Positions 54,290 to 64,000 of a DNA stretch of 64,000 nt are shown in pieces; the first letter of the stretch is position 1; every line of letters begins with the position of its first letter. Source of the stretch: the human T2T-CHM13v2.0 reference genome, Homo sapiens; the NCBI RefSeq assembly GCF_009914755.1, contig NC_060929.1. The stretch is one strand, 5' to 3'. The translations under genes and the position numbers were made by a program. The notes below the pieces were generated by a model that was given only the letters and a program-made list of their open reading frames with translations, had not been told where the DNA came from and did no database searches.

Positions 54290-54676
54290 CTATACATGTC
54301 TTAAGTGTATATCTAAATATTTCTTTTTCTTTGGAGTAATTATACATGATATTAACTTCAATTTTCACATATTCATTGTTAATATGAGGATATGCACTTT
54401 TTTTTTTTTTTTTTTTTTTTTTTGGTTATTGATCTTGTATCCTGTGACTTTGCCGATCTCACTTACTGATTCTAGGAGGCTGTATTTCCTTTAAAAAAAA
54501 TTTCTTGGGATTTACTACACAACTATGTGATCTGCCAATAGGCACAGCTTTATTTCTTCCAGTGCCCTTTATTTATTTTTCTTGCCTCACTGCAGTGACC
54601 ACAATTTCCAGTACTAGGATGAATAAGAGTGGTGAGAGCAGACATTCTTGCCTTGTTCTTCAAGGCAAAGGGTTTC

Positions 54677-55250
54677 CTCAGACCAGGCCATCTAGTGTCA
54701 CCTGGCTGGAAAGGACAGTCTGAGGTCCATGAGGATGAGAAGACATCCTGAGTGCCCTCTGCCAGTGTCCCCAGCTGCCCAGGTGTCTCTGGGTAGGGAA
54801 AAGGAGTTTTGAGCTCACAGGGATAAAGAGGCTTCCCATACCAGGCCACTTATTGTGGGGCCTGTTCTGCTGATGGCCCCCAGACACTGTGGCCTCTCTC
54901 AGTAGAGGACAGGATTCTCAGGACCAGCAGGGAGGCCAGTATTTCCCTTAGCCTCTTACCCTGGGGCTGGGTTCAGCCTCTTACCCTGCTGGGGCTGCTT
55001 TCTTCTGCTGGGTGGTGGGTCAGGAAACACCATGCCTGGGCCACCTTCTCCTGTTGGGCAAGGGGAGGATGTAGATGCCCTGCTGCTGCATCGCCTTTCC
55101 AGCACTGGACTCCCAAACCAGCTCACCTTCTTACCACTTTCATCATTCTCTTTTGGTTGCCTCTTGTGCTATTTCCAGCGTTTATTATCATATTTAACAG
55201 AGAAGAGCAGAAAGAAACAAGTCTATACCATCTTGTCCAGGCCATAAATC
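54677..55250 (-). mobile_element. Old L1 (L1MC/MD-type) 5'UTR/5' end
   Basis: ttctcttttggttgcctcttgtgctatttccag...gagcagaaagaaacaagtctataccatcttgtccag resembles the antisense 5' terminus of L1MC/MD. Confidence 0.6.
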
Positions 55251-55289
55251 ATATCATATCCCATTGTATCTTTTTAAAAGTTAGGGTGA

Positions 55290-55555
55290 GTGAGATATTT
55301 CTTTCAATACAATTCTAAATAATATATGTAGACGCTGGTCCCTACAGGAAACAGACCTTAATTCCTCCCCTCCTCCCCTTGAGGGTGGGCTAGGGTTAGT
55401 GACTTGCCTCCAAAGAAGAGTAGGGAAAGGGGAAATCATGGCTTTACAGAGAGGCAGCCTGAAAAACACCATGTTCACCAACTGATCGAAGTCTGGAGTT
55501 TAGTTAATTAGTGATGTACTAATGTGTTTCTTAGGTTTGACAAGTATATTACTAA
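55290..55555 (+). mobile_element. L1MC/MD-type 3'UTR fragment
   Basis: cttaattcctcccc...gagggtgggctagggttagtgacttgcctccaaagaagagta...tggagtttagttaa. Confidence 0.6.
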
Positions 55556-56199
55556 ATACCAAACATTCTTCCAATAAAAATTGCTCATCAGAGAGATGAA
55601 CATCTTACAACACTGACATTAAAGGGTTTTTGCCTAAATATTGCTGACCTGGAAGTGCCTCACTGAGCACATATTATTTCATCTCAGAGACAGTACTGCT
55701 ACGGAAGTGACAAAACCAAGTGCGTGCTTTGTGTCTGCTCCTTCTAGTAGGCAGTGACCTGGGGACCAGACATTTGGGGCTGAATCATTGGCAAAGTGGG
55801 AGCTGAGGCTCCCAGGAAGATCTAGCGTCACTTTGTCTTTCCTGCATGGTTTCTTTGATGTAGGATGTTGTAAGGAATGCTGAATACTGTCCTAAAATAT
55901 CCAGGTCAGGGAGCCATGGCCAAGTCCTCTGACCTGTTGGATGGCAAGTGTAAACCTTCAGAGGGAGTGTGTCACCTAGAGAGACAAGGTAAAAGGGTGT
56001 TTATGTTCAGATTACCTTATGGTCATCAGGAAAAACAATGTGGCCGGTATTCATTATTCACTCATGAGTCATAAGTAGAACCTCTGTAAAATAACTGCAC
56101 GCAAAACCTTAACGCCTTATTTCAACCACTAGTTTCAACCTGAGTCCTGGTAATACCAATGATCACAAGTGCTGACAAGAAAAACATGCCCAGATAAAG

Positions 56200-56590
56200 T
56201 GTGGCTACATGTTAGAGAAATGAGTATGGGCAGAAAGATGCCTACGTTTGGAGGTATGTATACAAGTGAAATGTTGGTGGGTATACACACATGTGTGAGC
56301 AGGTAGATGCACGTGTCTGTGTGAAAACACTGCTCTGTGTGAAGATTTGCAACAGGGGTCTGGGTATGAATGCCACAGTGTGGCAGACAAGTGAGAACTA
56401 CAAAGAGTGTGTGTTTATACATAAGAGTAGTACAGATATGACCACTAGGAGTATAGGAGTCTGTTAGTGTGTAAGGATGGAATGTGTGAGTACAAGAGGC
56501 AGGCAGCTCACATAGGTGGTTCGGCTTCTGATCATCCGTACATGTTAATGTCTGTGGGGGGTGTATACATGAACATGAAAGTCTGTGTTT
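56200..56590. repeat. Degenerate TG/CA-rich low-complexity tract
   Basis: Many gtgtgt/atgtgt/tacac words (tacacacatgtgtgagc, gagtgtgtgtttatacat). Confidence 0.55.
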
Positions 56591-58410
56591 AAAGCCTCTC
56601 CTTTGATGGAGGCCCCGGATAAATGAAACTATGCTAACATTTTGCAAGTCCAGCATCATGCTCAGACACAGGCAGGGAGAGCCTCCACTCTGTGCCTGAT
56701 CTGACTGCGTCCCTCCCAGGGCGGTGGGGCTTCTGTAGGGCTTAGAAAAAAATGACCAGCCAGAGCTCATGCTTTGCCTTTCCAGCCCATGTCCTTGGTC
56801 CCTGAGATCCCAGAATTTTCTGCCCAAATGGCCCTGAGCCACCTTCCATGACTATCTGGCCTGTCCTCCAGGTCTATCCTTTTGAGGTGGCCTAAGCTGC
56901 CAGTGAGGGCCCTCTAGGCCCAGGAGAGGCCATGGGGCAGTGGTTTGCAGTGACGAGGGGGTTACAATCAGCACCTTGCTGGCTGTCTGCCGGCATGCAC
57001 ACCAGGCCCTTCATGGAGTAGGATGAAGCCAATGGTGGTCAGTGAACGGGAGCTCTTTTCACACAGCCACACCCCAAGCATTATCAGGGTTAAGCTGCCA
57101 AGGAAGGAGGACAGAACACATGTTATTGTTTAACAGTGGGTTAGCCTGATTTATGATTTAGTTATTTAGACAGGAGGTATGTGAACCTCTGCTTAAACTC
57201 TCCCTGTAGGCCCCACAAATGTTAGAGGCAGGCTGTGCATAGATGTACATAAGAGCATGCTTGCCCAGGTTTCTTTGAGCTCTACCAAACCTAGTCTCCA
57301 GCCCTTAGGTCCTGAGGTATAGAGATGTAGACTGGGGCTATGGTCATATCTGACCTGGATTGGGGAGGGAATGGTTTAGAATCAGCTCATACAAGTACAC
57401 ACTCTGCAGACCCTAAAAACTGGTTCCTTTCCCTTATCAATTCCCCACTGGTCACACATATAGATGCACAGCAGGAAAACATCTACTGAGCACAGAAATA
57501 TGTCAGGCCTGGGAGCTTCCTGAACTGGACAAGATACCTGAATATAATGAAGAGCTCATTTCAGCAAACTATACTTGGTCACTGGTAAACCCATAGCACC
57601 CTCACAGCCCCCAACCAATACCATTCAGATCTAATTACTCTGGGGTGAGGACCAACGCAGGGATGAGAGGCCTGTTATCGAAAACCACTTTAGCACTGCT
57701 CCAGCTCACAGCCACACTGTCCTCTATAATGACTTCACCCAATTAGCTTGCTAGCAGTCTGCCTTTTGTAAATCAGCGATGCCAATGGAATGAATTCTGC
57801 ACCGAAAGGGAAGGGCAAGCAACTGGTAATTGCATGGAAATCATTAATTGCCTTTCAGGTTAAGTGAATTATCATTATTTCCTCCATTTGGTGGCACTGT
57901 GTGCAGATGAGGTCAAGCGGGCAGCCCACCATGAGCTCCCATTCCCAGCATTCACTCATTCAGTGAATGGAAGAGTGGCAGTGTGTGCCTCTCTGAGAGG
58001 CAGAGGACTAAGAGTGCTGGGCCCTCCCCTGAGAGCCCCCCATCTACTTAGTCCCAGGAAGGAACATCCCACAGACAGGCCATATATGGAAAATGTACAC
58101 ATCTATGAACTGCTTTCACTCCTAAAATGAAGCCTAACCAGTTTGTTTAAGACCTCTGCCTGGACTGAGGCTCTGAGTAAATGATGCTTTACTGACGTCT
58201 CACAAGAATGTTTAATTCTCACAAGTTTCACAGGGAGCTAAGCTGAGCAAATACTCCATTTTGTAAACAAGACATGTGGTGTTAAACAAATAATTAGCCT
58301 TTATTTCTGGAAAGAAGAAAGAATATTTTGCCCTTATTCAAAGAGTCAACATGTTAATAACTCCTACAATTCAGACAGCAGAAGGGAAGAAGAGGATGCA
58401 GTCTCTAAGG

Positions 58411-58587
58411 CACTGGTTCTTGAGCTTTAGTGTATGTGAGGATCACCTGCAGGGCTTATTAAAACACAGATGTTGGGCCTCATTCCCTGAGTTCCTGCTG
58501 CAGCAGATATGGTTGGAGTGTGGGACTCTAACAAGGTTCCAGGGGTTGCAGATGCTGCTGGTCTGGGGGCTACACTTGAAGGCACTG
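58411..58587. mobile_element. MER5A hAT-Charlie MITE
   Basis: cactggttcttgagcttt...gatcacctgcagggcttattaaaacacagatg...gatgctgctggtctggggg...ggcactg. Confidence 0.85.
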
Positions 58588-58649
58588 CTTCAGGAAATAG
58601 GTTTTTTTAACCTCAAATTACCTACAAAAACTCAAACTTATTTTAAAAG

Positions 58650-58850
58650 CAATACATCATGGTGGTTGAGAATATGGACACCGGGATGAAGGAGATCTAG
58701 ATTTAAAGTGTGATTCCTCCCTTTACAGCTGTGTGATCTTGGGCAAGACTGGTTCACCTCTTCAAAATAAGCTTTCTCTTCTATAAGTTGAAATCAATTC
58801 CTCACAGGGCTGTAGAGAGAATTAAAATGAACTAATATATGTAAACCCAA
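58650..58850 (+). mobile_element. MIR SINE
   Basis: tggtggttgagaatatggac...cagctgtgtgatcttgggcaag...cctcacagggctgtagagagaattaaaatga. Confidence 0.8.
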
Positions 58851-59512
58851 GCTACTTATATTACACTAAACAATTACTTCAATTAACTAATGACTGTTAT
58901 CAGTAGGTCTTATTAGTACTAATGAAGTGTTAACAAATTATTTTGCATAATATGCCTCCCCAAAGAGACAAACCCTATTTTCAGTACTGGCTGAAATTTG
59001 CACTCACATACACACTGCAGTCCTTGAAACCACTTGTTCCTTTATGCTAAACATGCTCCTTACAATCTTGCTCACAATGTGAAATTATTTAGAAAACACT
59101 CTTTCACAGAAAAACTAAATGTAAGTTCTTTAAAATAAGTGCTACACATAAAAGGCAACTCAAAATGAATCTCATTTATGAAGAGCAAAGCAAAAAAAAT
59201 TACCACATAGAATCAAGAAGCACAATAAAAGAATAGTATGTCATGACCAAATAGAGTTTACACAAGAAAGGCAAATATTGCACAAAATCAGTAAATCCAT
59301 CAAACCAGTGAATATTAATAGAGCTCACGTAAAATCATGTAATCATTCCAAAGACACTGAAGAGGTACTGAGCAAAATTCACCCAGTCTTGGTAACAACA
59401 AAAATACTCAATAAAATAGGAACAAATATATACTTCCTTAACACGATAAAATATATTTTTCTCTATTACAAAGCTAAGATCACACTTAATGGGGGCAACA
59501 CTAAAATACATG

Positions 59513-60431
59513 TGTGATAGTGAGATATACACTTGATCTTAGCCAAAAGGCTAAAAAGTGATTGATAGTGAGATATAGTAAGAAATATACATTTGGTCTT
59601 CATTCCTGATTTGTGGCACAGAGCTCCTAAAACCCTTAGAATGTGAGTGATACATGGGAGAGAAGCATCTTTTGGTATTCACAGTAAGATCCTTTTAACC
59701 CCATATGAGTTTATGCTAATGAAATGACTCCTGAAGGATGGGGGCTGGTTTCCAGAGGAGCCAACCATGTGATTAAAAGATTTTAACTTGCAGCACTAAT
59801 CCCCAATTTCCAGGGAGAGGAGAGGGGCTAGAGATTGACCTAATCACCAATGACCATTAATTTGGTCAACCATGCCAACAAAACAAAGCCTCTATAAAAA
59901 CCCTAAACAATAGGATTTGACAAGGTTCTGAGGTGGTGAATGCATCCACATGCTAGGAAGGTGATGCACCCCAACTCCACAGGGAAACTCCTGCACTTGG
60001 GATCATTCTAGACCCTTGCCCTATGTATCTCTTCATCCGGACTTTCATTTATATCATTTATAACAAACCAGTAATAAATAAGCAAAGTATTTACCTGTGT
60101 TTTAAGTATTTACCTGGCACCGTGACCCATTATAGCAACATATTGAACATGAGACGGGAGGTGTGGGAACTCCTGAATGTATAGCCAGTCATCAGAGGTA
60201 TGGGATTTGTGACTGGCATCTGAAGTGGGGGGCAGTCTTGTAGGATTGAGTCCTTTAATTTGTGGGATCTGACACCAACTCCAAGTGGATAGTGTCAGAA
60301 TTGAACTGAATTGGAGGACACCAGTTAATGTCCACAGAGAATCAAAGGATTGCTTGGTGTGGAAAAAAAAAATTCAGACATTTTGTATTAAAAGTGTTAT
60401 GTCTATAGAGAAAAAGTTTTTCCCTTTAACA
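59513..60431. mobile_element. MER21-type ERV solo LTR
   Basis: tgtgata...agaaatatacatttggtc...ggcacagagctcctaaaaccctt...aatcaccaatgacca...gactggcatctgaagtgggg...agaattgaactgaattggaggacaccag...taaca. Confidence 0.85.
59528..59562 (-). pseudogene. RNU2: Tailless 3'-truncated U2 snRNA retropseudogene (U2 nt 1-35)
   Basis: Reverse strand atcactttttagccttttggctaagatcaagtgta vs U2 ATCGCTTCTCGGCCTTTTGGCTAAGATCAAGTGTA, 31/35 identical; perfect 15-bp TSD tgatagtgagatata at 59515-59529 and 59563-59577. Confidence 0.93.
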
Positions 60432-60887
60432 GACAAGAAAAATCAAGATCAAAATAAGACAAGGGAATTCACTACCATCATTGTTAACTTACATTGAATA
60501 AGGGAAACTAGGAAAAGCCTAAAAAGGTATAAAAATGGTAAGAAGCACTTAAATCTAGGACTTTTTAAAAACAAGTTGATTATATACTTAGAAAGTCTAA
60601 AAGAATAAGCTAAAAAAACTATAATAAACCCAACACAGCTCAGAAAGCTAGCAAAATACAAAATTGACTTGCAAATATCCATAGCTTCCTTATATGCAAA
60701 CTTCCATTAAGTAGTAGACCTATGTGAAGAGAAAATTCCATGTAAAATAGTACATATGAAATAAAATACCAAGGAATTGACTAAATAAGAAATACACCAG
60801 AGCTATAAGAATAAAACTTTAAAACTCTTCTGAAGGACACAAAAGAAAATTTGAACAAATCAGAAGACATACCATGTTCTTGGACAG

Positions 60888-61296
60888 TGTATTAAACCAT
60901 TCTTGCATTGCTATAAAGAAATATCTGAGACTGTGGTAATTTATAAGAAAAGAGATTGGATTCTCTCAAGGTTCTACAGGCTATCTCAGAAGCACAGTGG
61001 CATCTGCTTCTGGGGAGGCTTCAGGAAGCTTCCAATCATGATAGAAAGCAAAGGGAAGCAGGCATATGACATGGCAAGAACGGAGCAAGGTGGGAGGAGA
61101 TGCCACATATTTTTAAATGACCAGATCTTGCCAGAACTCAGAGTGAGAGCTCACTTATCATCAAGGGGATGGGCTAAGCCATTCATGAGGGCTACACCCC
61201 AGTGATCCCGACACCTCCCACCAGATGCCACCTCCAACACTGAGGATTACAATTCAACATGAGATCTGGGTGGGGATATCTATTTAAACTATATCA
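60888..61296 (-). mobile_element. MSTA/MSTB-type MaLR solo LTR
   Basis: tgtattaaaccattcttgcattgctataaagaaatatctgagactg...attacaattcaacatgagat...aactatatca; 5-bp TSD gacag / cacag. Confidence 0.9.
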
Positions 61297-62169
61297 CACA
61301 GGAAGACAAACTCACAGAGCTGTCAACTCTCCTTAAGGAAATTTGTAAATGTAATGCTCTCCTAATGATAACCTTGTTTTTAGGTTGGAGATTATACAAG
61401 TTTATCCTTAAATACATTTAGAAAAATATAGGACTATAAAAAAAAAGAGAGACTCTGAAAGAGAAAAGTCATGAGGAAGGACAAGCATATCAGACAGTAT
61501 AACATTATCGAGCAATGATTAAAATAGTGTGGGACTGGTACTGGAATGTGACTATAAGACAAACAAATAGATCTAAATACAAAGTCCAGAAACTAATCCA
61601 AATACAAATGGAAATACTTCAGTGTAAGTGAAGATGGCATCTCAAATCAGTGGACAAAAAAATGTATATTCAACTAGTGACACAAGGACAACTGGATAGC
61701 ATCTAAAGAATAAAGTTGGTTCTATATCCTACATCACGTACCAAAATAAATTCCAAATGGATAATGAGATTGATAGGAAAATCCTATTAAATTGAGGGGT
61801 GGTGGGAGCAAAGTTAAATTTAAAAAATAATGGGAGAAAAACTAGAAAAATCTCTTATTAACCTCAAAGTGGAAAAGGCCTTTAAGACATGCCTGAAAAT
61901 CCAGAAGCCATAAAATTCGAGGTTAATAAATACAAACACATAACAATGAAACTTTTACTTAGTAGTACACATAAGCAAAGTCAAAAGACAAACACCACCA
62001 CAGGAAACTGATTCAAACTATAGGTAAAAGGCTAATATCTCTCTATATAAAGAGCTTCCAGAAGTTAACAAATGAAAGACCAAGGACCCATCTGAAAGAT
62101 GGGCAAAGGACATGAATAGACATACTTACTGCCAAGGCTGGTTGGAAACAATTATTCCCAAATACTGAC

Positions 62170-62521
62170 TGCTATGGTTTGGATGTGTCCCCTAAAAATC
62201 ATGTATTGGAAATTTAATCCCCAATGCAACAGTGTTGGGAGGTGGAGCCCAGTGGAAGATGCTTATGTCATGAGAGCTCCACCCTCATGAATGATGAATG
62301 TCAATTATAAAAGGATTCCAGTCTTTAAGTTTTATCTCTTGCTCTCTGTCACCCCTTTTGCCCTTCAGCCATGGGATGGCACAGCAAGAAGGCCTCACTA
62401 GATGCTAACCCCCTGATCTTGAACTTCCCTGCCTATAGAACCATGAGCCAATAAATTTCTCTTCATTATATATTACCCAGTCTGTTGTATTCTGTTATAA
62501 TAGCACAAAGAGACTAAGACA
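62170..62521 (+). mobile_element. MSTB/MSTC-type MaLR solo LTR
   Basis: tgctatggtttggatgtgtcccc...ccccaatgcaacagtgttgggaggtgg...aataaatttct...gactaagaca; 5-bp TSD ctgac / ttgac. Confidence 0.9.
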
Positions 62522-62776
62522 TTGACCATTATGGAATGGGGACAATTTCCCAATAGCCATCAAAATTAAGAATGCATACATCTTCTGACCCAGCAGCTCC
62601 TCTTCTGGGAATTCAGCATATTGAAGAACTGGCACAGGTATATGAAATGACATACATACAAAATTATTCATTCCAGAACTGCTTATGATAGTAAAATACT
62701 GGGAACAATTCAAAGACTCATTAACAGAGGATAGGTTGAATAAGTTATGGTCTATTTAACACTAAAAAACCATACA

Positions 62777-63471
<695 letters not shown>

Positions 63472-64000
63472 TTAACAATTATCTCTATGCACAAACACAA
63501 AAAAAAGACATATTATTTGCAAAAAGCAGGGCGGAGAACATTGTGTATAACATGTTCATATGTCTTGGAGAAAGAGAATATATATACAAATGCTAACTAA
63601 TGTGTGTATTAAAATTCCTCTGGAAGAATACAAAGAAACTAATAACAGTGGTGACAGGGTGAGAAAATTGAGCACAAAGAGACTTTTTACTGTACTTCTT
63701 TCTATTTTCATTCCTGAACCAACTGAATTTATTCCTTATTTAAAAACTATATTCAATAAAAAAATAAAAAACCAAAAGGAATGTGATCTTTTCTGGGATT
63801 ATTTTTTAGAAAATGTTATCCAAACGTGTCCTGGGAAGTGCCTTGTCCCACCTACAACTGAGCCGCTGATTTTTCCTTGGCTCGTTCTTGAGCCCCATGT
63901 TTCCTTTCTCTTAACAGCTAATACCTGGGGAAAAGCACGCTGAGGCCTTAAGATGCCCATAATCGGCGGCTATTTTTTAATCTCTTAAAATTACAATGAA

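Larger units (their letters stand above)
51410..54676 (-). mobile_element. Old L1 (L1MC/L1MD-type) 3'UTR-ORF2 segment hosting Alu and MER1A insertions
   Basis: gattcatatgcagttgtaagaaataat 3' end; ORF2 antisense text (ccagtaccacactgtcttgattactgtagc; aagagtggtgagagcagacattcttgccttgttc). Confidence 0.9.

Noticed and set aside
56135-56842. Longest ORF (235 aa, minus strand)
   Set aside because: His/Thr/Cys-rich translation of a degenerate CA/TG low-complexity tract; no recognisable domain or exon structure.

Overview
This is CpG-depleted, repeat-rich primate genomic DNA, not prokaryotic. AluJ/AluS, L1PA, THE1 and MER1 copies point to a simian, plausibly human or ape. It reads as deep intron or intergenic sequence. 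I find no credible protein-coding exon, CpG island, tRNA/rRNA gene or CRISPR array, and I cannot name the host locus. The ORF track is explained by chance ORFs and repeat remnants. Much of the window is recognisable transposon fossil: many MIR/L2 fragments, a full-length dead Tigger1 (8926-11309), five Alus, MER1A/MER1B/MER5/MER112-type hAT elements, two MER21-type solo LTRs, three MaLR LTRs and several L1 fragments. A nested cluster at 59.2-63.8 kb contains a tailless 35-nt U2 snRNA retrocopy with a perfect 15-bp target-site duplication (TSD). The most unexplained signal is an ~85-110 bp element present twice 1,874 bp apart (42148-42259 and 44027-44133), with a perfectly identical 25-nt core in otherwise diverged sequence. 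There are also several repeat-poor, homeodomain-motif-rich blocks that may be enhancers, and a perfect 50-bp tandem duplication. I see no evidence for a new multi-gene system. Repeat family names come from my recall of consensus sequences rather than a database search, and boundaries of old repeats (MIR, L2, L1M) are approximate.
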